A stretch of 64,000 nt of DNA from Eledone cirrhosa. Lineage: Eukaryota. Below are positions 54,087 to 64,000 of the stretch, piece after piece. Within the stretch, counting starts at the first letter, position 1. Each line of letters begins with the position of its first letter. The DNA is taken from assembly GCA_964016885.1 (NCBI GenBank), contig OZ024744.1, positions 108,066,001 to 108,130,000 of the forward strand, written 5' to 3'. The position numbers and the translations under genes were made by a program. The notes beneath the pieces were generated by a model. The model did not search any database. It was given only the letters and a program-made list of their open reading frames with translations, and had not been told where the DNA came from.

Positions 54087-54477
54087 CTAGAGGGTCGGAC
54101 GCCATGCTTTGACGCATAGAGTTACGCTCCTTGCCATTCTGAGTTCAAATCGCGCCGCGGTTAACTTTACCTTCCATCCTTACCGGGGTCGATAAAATAA
54201 AGTACCAGTAATGCGCTGGGGTAATTGCTGGCCTTGTGCCTAAAAGTAGAAACAATTATTGTTTTCTAATTTAGTTGCTTCTTTTGGGTGTCTTTTTGTT
54301 GGCATTTCAGTAGAGAATCGGACGCCGTGCTTTACAGCATAGAGTTACGGCTCTTTACCTTCTGAGTTCAAGTCCCGCCGAGGTTAACTTTGCCTTACAT
54401 CCTTACGGGGGGTCGATAAAATAAAGTACCAGTAATGCACTGAGGTATTTGCCGGCCTTGTGCCTAAAGTAGAAATA
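54087..54477 (+). mobile_element. Two SINE copies (54087-54260 and 54299-54477)
   Basis: SINE consensus. Confidence 0.82.
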
Positions 54478-54583
54478 AATGTTTTTTTTTTTTTCTTCCA
54501 AACATAAACTTGTAATTGATTCAGTTGTTGGGTGAACCTTAAAGAACTGAACACCTGTCCTCAGGTGTGTCATCTATAGTAGG

Positions 54584-54613
54584 ATGTTGATGATGATGAT
54601 GATGATGATGATA

Positions 54614-54645
<32 letters not shown>

Positions 54646-55222
54646 GTTGGTGATGATGTTGATGATGGTGATGGTGGTGGTGATGATGGTGATGATGATG
54701 ATGATGGTGGTGGTGATGATGGTGATGATGATAATGATGATGATAATGATGATGATGATGATGATGGTGATGGTGATGATAGATGATGATGATGATGATG
54801 ATGATGATGGTGGTGGTGATGGTGATGATGATGATGGTGATGATGATGACGATGTTGATGGTGATGATGATGATGGTGGTGATGTTGTTGATGATGACGA
54901 TGTTGATGATGGTGATGATGGTGATGGTGATGATAATGATGCTGATGATGATGATGATGACGATGTTGATGATGGTGACGTTGTTGATGATGATGATGAT
55001 GATGTTGATGATGATCATGATGATGATGATGATGACGATGTTGATGATGGTGATGATGTTGATGATGATGTTGATGATGATGATGATGGTGATGATGATG
55101 GTGATGATGATGATGATGATGTTGATGATGGTGATGATGATGATGGTGATGATGATGATGAAGGTGGTGATGGCGATGATGATGAAGGTGGTGATGGCGA
55201 TGGTGATGACGATGGTGATGAT
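54584..55222. repeat. (GAT)n/(GGT)n microsatellite
   Basis: Direct reading. Confidence 0.93.
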
Positions 55223-55474
55223 CAGAGTTGTGGGGATGCTTCGTCTTACTTGCTCAATTATATATCGTTTAGTTATATATACATACATACACACCGCATA
55301 TTGAAGGGTTGGCCGGAGGGATTAGAGCGTCACACAGACTGCCTGGCGGCGTTTAGCTACGGTTGTTTATAGTTTGAGTTCAAATGCCCCTAAACATTAC
55401 TTTGCCTTTCATGTTTCTGAAAACACAACTGCTTAATTGAGAAACCCTATAGACTATATATAGACTATATATAT

Positions 55475-56431
55475 AGTATTGGGACGATGATACTGATCCT
55501 CCACTGACCCGGGGTAACTCCTTTCTCCAGTGCCTGGTTACAGAACTCCAGGATGATATCAAAATCACACCTCTTCATCACCTCTGATGCCACTCCATCT
55601 TCTCCATGAGCCTTGCCCCCCTCCTTGATCTTGTTCTTGGCTCTCTGAAGCTCATTTCTGTCAAAGAGTACTGTTTCAATATCCAGTTCCTCAAACAGCC
55701 GCCTGATCTCCCCAGTGCTCTGGGCTGTGGAGGGCGGCTCTCCTAGTAGGGTCCTAAAAGGGTCCAGCCATTTTCTCTTCCTATCCTCGGGCCCTGTTCC
55801 CTAGATCTGACTTTAACTCCCTCTTTTCCTCCCTGTGATCTCGTTGAACATCCAGCTCTCCTTACATCCAGACCTGCCAACCGCTCTCTCCACACCTGTG
55901 ATCTTCTCTATCAACGCCTCCTCCATGGCCTCAGTGTAAGCGGTACAGAGTTCTTCCCTCATTCCCTCCAGAGTCTCCATCCTCTCCTCCATAGGATCAG
56001 CATAGAATTGGTCCTTGGCAGCTTTCAGGTGTTCTCTGGTTGTACACACTTTTGGATCAGCAGAGATGTGGTGCTTCCTCTTCTCTCTCTTCGGCACCAA
56101 GGTCTCACTTGCTTCCGCCACTGCATTGGTGAAGTACCCGTACTCCTCGTCACACTCTCCTCAGTCCATCCAATCTTTCTCTCCTCTGTCTCTCTACACA
56201 GAGCACTGAACCTGTTCCTCACATCTCTGTGAACCTCTCCTGTAGCTTATCATATTCCTTGAAAGCTCCCCGGGGCTGAGCCTTGCTCTTTCTTAAGCTC
56301 TCCCGGACCTCACTCATAACAAGCCGGTGGTCACTGCCCAGTGTACTGAAATAATTGTATGGTTCTGTGTTCAGAACACTATTCCACCACTTTTTCGTCA
56401 CCAGAATGAAATCAATCTGGAACTTGGACAG
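55475..56431 (-). mobile_element. Inverted 5' segment of an RTE-like LINE (APE C-terminus to pre-RT linker)
   Basis: FQIDFILV..NSVLN..LGSDHRLV; ends QWRISIIVPI at ~55477. Confidence 0.8.
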
Positions 56432-57755
56432 TGCCAAAGAAGGGAGATCTCTCTAACACCAACAACTACAGGGGGATCTCACTGACGTCACTTGTGGCAA
56501 AGACCCTCAACAGGATGATTCTTAACAGGATCCAGCCTGAGATGGAGAAGAAGCTCACGGACAACCAGAACGGCTTCAGAGAGGGTAGATCAACCACCAA
56601 TCACATCCTGATGCTGAGGAGGATATTAGAAGGAGCTAGAGGAAAGTGCCTTGCTGCAGTCATGGTTTTCATTGACTTTAGGAAGGCTTTTGATTCTGTG
56701 GACCATTACTGCCTGATGTAGATCTTACAGGCTTATGGAATCCCCAAGAAGATAGTGGACCTGATATCACTGCTCTACACCAACACCCAAGCCCAAGTCA
56801 TTACACCTGATATGGATGACAGAGTGCTTTGAGATACTGGCTGGAGTGCTCCAGGGAGATAAATTGGCTCCCTACCTTTTTATCATCGTAGTGGACTATT
56901 GTATGAAGCCTTGCGCTGGAGAAACACCAGGACTCTGGCTTTACTGTAACACCAGCTCAGAGTAGGAGAGTTAAGGCAAAAAGATATCAGATGCTGAATT
57001 TGCCGACGACATAGTTTTGGTGACAAATACAGTGACGGAGGCAGAGGAGTTGATGAAGGAGGTGGAGACTGTGTTGATAAGTGTGGGGCTGAGAATGAAT
57101 GAGATTAAGACAAAGTATGTGGTAGAGAATATTAAGATCCAGAGAAGATTATGAATGTAGGTGGCAAGCCGCTAGAATTGGTTGAGGACTTCCTGTATCT
57201 GGGAGCAAAGATTGGGAATACAGAAGATGATGTGGTGGAGAGGAAGAGCAAAGCCTGGGCGGCGTGCCACAGTTTGAGATCGGTGTGGAAGTCGGACCTT
57301 CGTAAAGACCTGAAGATCCATCTATTTGTTGCTACAGTGGAGTCTGTGCTGCTGTACAGGTCTGAGACTTGGACACTGACCAAGAAACTCACTCACATGA
57401 TGGATGGGTGCTACACGAGGATGCTGAGGATGGCTCTGAACATTAATCATATATACTGGGTATAAAGAACTGAGAGCTGTTCAGGAGCCTCCCAAATGTC
57501 AGCTCAAAATTAACACAGAGGAGACTGAGGTCAGCTGGACATGCTCACTGACATTTAGAGTTGACACTGCACTCAGTGCTCTTGTGGAAGCCCCATGCAC
57601 GGATACACTAGGAGAGGGAGACCAAGGATGACATATGTTGAGGCCCTAAGGACAGACACTGGTCTGTTGGAGACGCAGGACATAGCAGCAATGATGAAGG
57701 ATAGAAACCACTGGAGAGAACTCGTCCATAGTTCTCGGGAATTTTACCCGCCCTA
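56432..57755 (+). mobile_element. RTE-like LINE, RT to 3' end, degenerate
   Basis: PKKGDLSNTNNYRGISL, QNGFREGRST, FIDFRKAFDSV, GVLQGD.LAP, FADD, FLYLG, SETWTLT. Confidence 0.88.
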
Positions 57756-57979
57756 GCTAGATAGATATATAGTATATATATAGTATATATATATATAGTT
57801 TATATATACTATATATACTATATATATATATAGTATATATATAGTATATATATATATATATAGTATATACATAGTATATATATAGTATATATATACTATA
57901 TATATACTATATATATACTATATATATACTATATATATACTATATATATACTATATATATACTATATATATAGTATATA

Positions 57980-58583
57980 CTAGCAGAATGGCCCGGCGTT
58001 GCTCGGGATTCTAAACATAGATTGGCATGTTTATCCCTCCTTTCTGAAACAGTTTCGTCGTACGTTTACCAATTGATGAAGAAATCCTAATAAAAAGTGA
58101 AGTCGCCTTGGGTGAATAAGCAAATAATTTTCCATTAAGTTTTTTCAAAAGTATCTCTTTTTTGTTGTTGTTTTTGCTGCTGTTGAGCCTCGTGAAATAA
58201 ATACGTTTGTTTATATTTTATTATTGTGTATGCAAACATATCTGTACACGAATATATAATTATATATATATATATATATATATTAAAATAACAGATTAAA
58301 GTTTAAGCAAAGAATCGCTGCTCTCACCCTTAACGGGATAGTGTCATAATGTCGTAATGCAGACAGACAGACATACAGACAGATATTATAAGGGTGCGAC
58401 GTTCGGCGCCTAATGCGGTCCCTAGGGTATTGAAAATTTGAAATATGTTTTGCTTAAAACACTCACAGGACCATAAGTATTAAATGTGTAAAGTTTGAGA
58501 AAATTCGGTTGGGTGGTCTTCGAGTTTTAGGGAGTCAGACAGACAGATAGACAGACAGACATTCTCTGTTTTAGATATATATA
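57980..58583 (-). mobile_element. Non-autonomous Helitron
   Basis: Minus 3' end cccgagcaacgccggg-ccattctg-CTAG|T; 5' region tatatatctaaaacagagaatg(tctg)n. Confidence 0.72.
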
Positions 58584-59251
58584 TCTATATATATAAAACT
58601 GAGGATGTATGTCTGTGTGTGTGTGAGTTTGAATCCCTAAAACTCGAGAACCCCCCAACCGACTGTTTTCAACCTTTATATATGTAATACTTATGGTCCT
58701 GTGAGTGTTCTGAAAAAAAAAAAATTTCAAATTTTCAATGCCCCAGGGACCGCATTAGGCGATTTAGCGATCTCTCTCTATAATTCTTAGTCTTTCTCTT
58801 TTTAGATAGATACATACATATAATGTCGCGCCCTTATTTCTGTCTGTATGTCCTGGCTGTCTAAATTACGTCACTTCCTACAATTCCCTCTGCGTCCAGA
58901 ACGCACCCTTATAATATCTGTCTGTATGTCTAGCTGTCTGCATTACATCACTTTCTACAATTCCCTCTGCGTCCAGAACGCACCCTTATAATATCTGCCT
59001 GCATGTCTGGCTGTCTGCTGCCTCCGGTTATTCTGCCACCCTTGCTCAAGACAAATCTCACACTCATTCCCCAAACAGTTGGTAAGTGCACACAACTTCT
59101 TCCTCACGTTTTAAGCCACAGTGTTGCTTACTTACGTACCACCAGACCCTTACTTCTCTGCCAGCCGTGGTTGTGGCAATACTAAGCTCAGCTAAGGCGG
59201 TTATATATTTCACAATACCTTATCCCGTGCAACATCGGGTACCACTGCTAG
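58584..59251 (+). mobile_element. Non-autonomous Helitron
   Basis: A|TCTATATATATAAA 5' end; 3' hairpin cccgtgcaacatcggg (59224-59239) then CTAG|T. Confidence 0.8.
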
Positions 59252-59790
59252 TATACTATATATATACTATATATATAGTATATATATAGTATATATATAT
59301 AGTATATATATATAGTATATATATATAGTATATATATTTATTATATATATACTATACATATACTATATATATATAGTATATATATATACTATATATATAG
59401 TATATCTAGTATATATATATATATATAGTATATATATATATAGTATATATATATAGTATATATATACTATATATAGTATATATATACTATATATATACTA
59501 TATATATACTATATATATACTATATATATATACTATATATATACTATATATATACTATATATATATATATATATACTATATATATATTATATATATATAC
59601 TATATATATATTATATATATATACATGACAATATATATTATATATATATATAATATATATATATATACCATATATACTATATATATACTATATACTATAT
59701 ATATACTATATATATATATACTATATATGTATATATACTATATATATATACTATATATATATATATATACTATATGTATATATACTATAT
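59252..59790. repeat. Interrupted (TA)n tract (TATAG/CTATA); similar tract at 57765-57979
   Basis: Direct reading. Confidence 0.92.
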
Positions 59791-59829
59791 ATTCACAATT
59801 TAATAATGAATTAATGACTATAAAATAAT

Positions 59830-60800
59830 TAAAGAAACACTACAAATATTTAAAAATGGAGAAGGAAGGAAAACGCAAAGGATCTAGGGTCACAGAAGAA
59901 TGGGAAGGGGGAGGGCAATGGGCTCGTGGCCGAGGACGCGGTGGTATTTGAGCTGCGCCTCGCGGACATGACAGCAAAAGCATTTCTACGGACACTGGCC
60001 AGCGACACCCGCTGCTTCAGCCACCCCAACCTCGCGGGGCTCCTTCCTCAGACGGGCTGATCTTGCGGAGGAGCTCGGCAATAGGGAGTCCATGTACCCC
60101 TGAGGTCGCGACGTTGACCGGTGTGAGGAGGAAGCGGCGGGAGAATCACAGGTATTTGTTTATTTTCCTTTTCTCTACATTGCGGGTCGCAGTAGCGGGG
60201 TTTGTGGCCGAAGTGACTAAGTTGGAGGCAGGGAACGTGTCACAACATGTGAAGTCCCAGACGAGGGGGTCTACCTTCTTTTGAATGGGAAGAAGGTGAT
60301 CCCACCGGGGCGCTTGCCGTCTTCGTGGTCGAGATCTGCTAGCTCCAGTTGTGATGGGAAGCCAGCTGCATCCAGGCTGAGGGGGGGGGGGGGGGGCAGA
60401 GAAACCTTCGCCTGTCCAGTCGGCTGGAGCCTGTTCGAACTCTGGGGCCACGCCAGGTTCGGCCGTCTTGTTGAGAACCTCGCTGACGACAGTGCAACCG
60501 GAGGAGATTGAGGAGAGGTAGGCAGGTAGAGCCAGACCCTAAGAGGATCATCGGAGGCCGAGTCCACCGAACCTTGCTGGGAGCTGCCTCTTGTCAGACG
60601 CGTTGTCGAAACTGACATTGCAGATGAGTTCTGCAAAGTGTCGGATGGTGGCGTCGAGTTCACCAAGAAGATCTGTGTGAGGGTGACAAGGAGCACCGCA
60701 CGCGTGAACAGAAAATTGGGGAAGGTGAAGCAGTTCCTCAAGAGGAAGAGCGCCGGATGAGCATCAATGAGTCGCAGCTTCTCTGCCGTTCGGTACAAGC
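59830..60800 (-). mobile_element. CRE-clade non-LTR retrotransposon relic (restriction-like endonuclease region)
   Basis: DGKRPGGITFFPF..LVWDFTCCDTF..NVEKRKINKY; upstream HPALFLLRNCF. Confidence 0.72.
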
Positions 60801-62145
60801 TTGCATGCTTGGTCTCCAGGCACTCTCTTATGGCTTTCGAGAGAATTGGAGAGTCGAGAATGCAGGTGGCGTCTTTGGGCGTAAGCCGAGTCCCGGACAG
60901 GACGCTACGGGTGCTGAGTACGGCGTCGTAGAATTCGGCCTCTTCGTAGTTCGTTTATCACTTCTGACTTGGATCGGTTGATCTCGAGTTCGAGAAGCTT
61001 TAGAGCTGGGATGATTGTTGTAAAACATTTTAGACAAGATATTAAAACTTAAGTTCAAAGTTTCGCTGTTACATAGATACTACTTTTAAGGTGCTGAAAA
61101 TTCAAGGTACAATTCAAAGTACGGTTTCAGTAGCAGAATACCTTACGATCTCTAGTCTAGTACAAATGAAAGGGTAGAACAATGAGTTACAGTGAATTGT
61201 ATGCTTTCAAAACCTTGTATTGTTTACTAGAAAATGTTTTTAAGTGTTTACTGTGGAAAAATGTTTTTGAAACTTTTCAATTTGTTTGTGATGTAATCCT
61301 AGTGCTGTTTAACACTTTTCAAGAATGTCTTCTAATGTGGCTTCACATTGTTTGTTAAACAGCTCAGTGTGAACATTTGCAGTAAATTAAAATAATGATG
61401 TAATCATGGAGCTGTTTTGTATTTTTCAGAGTTCATTGAGGTCATTGCGCATTATTTGTAGAAGCAAATGGGCCCATTAAATATTGTGGGACCTCTGGAT
61501 GCAGCTCAATCAACACCCATCCTATATTCGCCGCTGATGGTTAATGTGGTTTTAATGCGATATAGGATGTTGTGGTGTATTATGTATCACTGTAATTACA
61601 TACTACATTAATTGAAGTGCTTCTTTGATAACATGAGAAGTCTGAAAACTAATGTTCATCAACACACATAATAGCAGGAGAAGAATTCATTTCTTTTGAG
61701 TAACATTTACACAGGATAATCTTAATCACTTACCTGTAATTATCTAGGATAAACTTTTACATTAGATACATGGAAAATTCCAGACTTTTATAGTCCCGCC
61801 TTATAATGGCGTCAATTTTCACACAAGATCGATCTTTATTTAAATATATTCGATAATTCATTTTAAAAATTTGTTTTGCAAGATATTTGATTTGGAAGCA
61901 CGTGTTGAAACAGGGTCACGTTATACTTTCAGAGGGTCACGTTGCCAATAAAAACACACGCACTAGTTGAGTTTTACTTCGGTAATCCTGCCGGGGTTAA
62001 CTTTACTTTTCACCTGTCCGGGATTAATAATATAAAGTACCAGTTATGTATTGGGACCGATTTAATCCACTTTCCACTTCTCCCAAATTTCTGTGCCAAA
62101 AGTAGAAATCATTATTATTTAAATAACTTGGATATATGGAATAAT

Positions 62146-62341
62146 GGGCGGTGGATTGGCAGTATCGGTAGAGGGTCGGACGCCATACTTTGACGTATAG
62201 AGTTATGGCCCTTGCCATTCTGAGTTCAAATCCCGCCGAGGTTAACTTTGCCTTTCATCCTTACGGGGTCGATAAAATAAAGTACCAGTAATGCACTGGG
62301 TAATTGCTGGCCTTGTGCCAAAAGTAGAAACAATTATTATT
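62146..62341 (+). mobile_element. tRNA-derived SINE inserted at the tail of an older SINE (~61973-62118)
   Basis: Consensus match; attattatttaaataactt occurs on both sides. Confidence 0.86.
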
Positions 62342-63097
62342 TAAATAACTTAACCATTCTTCGATTCGTTTAGTAATGGGATAGTTATTTAATTGCCATA
62401 TTTGATGGCGAATTCTTGTGTCATATTCTGCGACCTCAATTCTCTTCTGTGTCTCTTCTTGTCGTTAATGCAGAGCGACGAAAGAGTTTTGACAATCAAA
62501 TATGACAATTAAATAACCACCCCGTTATTAAATTAATCGAGAAATGGGTTGGTTACCTAACTAATAATAAGATCGAAGAGAAACTTAACTGGGATGTGTG
62601 TGTGTGTGTCATTATTGGCAACGTTACCCCTCCACAAACATGACAATATTCAGTTATTATTTTAAATAAAAAAAAATTGTAACGTATCTTAATACATTGC
62701 TTTCATTTTTATCCTAGATACATTTGTACCATGAATATTTATGCACAAAACAACTTTTATTTGAAAATCTAAGATGAATCTAAGATGTAGTTGTAACTAC
62801 AGGTTATGAGCCACGTTGTGAAACATAAAGGTAATCCTTTCAGTGCTTCTGAGTGCAAGGGAAATGACAGAATGTTTTCCATATCTTAGAAGATTATAAA
62901 CTGGAGGTACACCATTGTATAGGTTTTATTACATGAATGAATAGCACCAGGTTGCAAATGAAAATGAAACAGATTATCAAAGAAGGTCTGGGATGTCACA
63001 GAAAGAGTAGAATAGAAAATAAATGTCCTGCATTGTTTAGTTACATCCATTTAACAGCTGAATTTAATTCCAACATTGGACAGTACTGTCATTCATT

Positions 63098-63820
63098 CGG
63101 TGGTTTGGCAGTATCGGTAGAGCGTCAGACACCATGCTTTGCATAATAGTTATGGCCCTTTACGTTCTGAGTTCAAATCCCGTCGAGGTTAACTTTGCCG
63201 TTCATCCTTACGGGGGATCGATAAAATAAAGTACCAGTAATGTACTGGATAATCTGCTGGCCTTGTGCCAAAAGTAGAAACAATTATTAACCCCTTAGCA
63301 TCTACATTACTCTATATTTATTATTGTATTTTCACAGTAAAAGCTTTATCTCACATAATTATCTCACATAATATCGAATCTATGAGATTTTGATATTATT
63401 TTTGAGAACAAGGGCGGTGAATTGGCAGTGTCGGTAGAGGGTTGGACGCCATGCTTTCTAGCATAGTTACGTCCCTTTACAGTCTGAGTTCAAATCCCGC
63501 CGAGGTTAACTTTGCCCTTTCATCCTTACGGGGGTCGATAAAATAAAGTACCAGTAATACACTGGAGGGTAATTGCTGGCCTTGTGCCTAAAGTAGAAAC
63601 AATTTTTTGTTTATTTGTCCTGGCGCTGGATTGGCAGTATCGGTAGAGAGTCGGACGCCATGCTTTGCATCAAAGAGTTACGGCCCTTTACAGTCTGAGT
63701 TCAAATCCCGCCGAGGTTAACTTTGCCCTTTCATCCTTACGGGGGTCGATAAAATAAAGTACCAGTAATACACTGGGGGGTTAATTGCTGGCCTTGTGCC
63801 AATAGTAGAAACAATTATTA
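63098..63820 (+). mobile_element. Three SINE copies (63098-63288, 63412-63603, 63621-63820)
   Basis: SINE consensus three times. Confidence 0.86.
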
Positions 63821-64000
63821 TGTGGTCGATGACATATGTACGAGCCATGTACTCAGTCGATATTGTCAACTATGATCTTTCGAAACACATGTAGCATTGA
63901 ACATGTGTTAGAAATTAACACACACTAATACTAATTGGAAGATTGTATATGCATAATCCTTAATGACTATGTCTGGCATCTTATTTAATTATTTTAGGTG

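Noticed and set aside
60828-61740. Possible host exons on the minus strand
   Set aside because: Short ORF with no recognisable domain; isolated splice-like motifs are insufficient without transcript data.

Overview
Repeat-dominated eukaryotic DNA with no supportable host gene. The SINE and LINE types suggest an animal, probably a cephalopod (inference). 1-13157 is a near-perfect 468-bp tandem array that flips orientation at ~6190, giving a giant head-to-head palindrome. Every complete unit carries a minimal type I hammerhead ribozyme (CUGAUGA / 5-bp stem II / GAAA / palindromic ACUAGU stem III) inside a long imperfect stem I: 28 intact copies, a candidate retrozyme or ribozyme satellite. A 4.3-kb 38-bp minisatellite follows, then many microsatellites and about 20 copies of a tRNA-derived SINE. 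Microsatellite-targeted retrotransposons are stacked in arrays: RTE plus RTE-derived non-autonomous copies in (CATA)n, and R4/Dong-type plus three Tx1-type elements in (TAA)n, one Tx1 lacking just its RT domain. The SINE shares its 3' tail and ATTATT target with the Tx1 elements. Also present: further Penelope-type hammerhead motifs, a twin-primed RTE insertion, a hAT MITE, a mariner relic, a head-to-head pair of non-autonomous Helitrons and a CRE relic. All structures were read by eye; nothing was folded or searched computationally.
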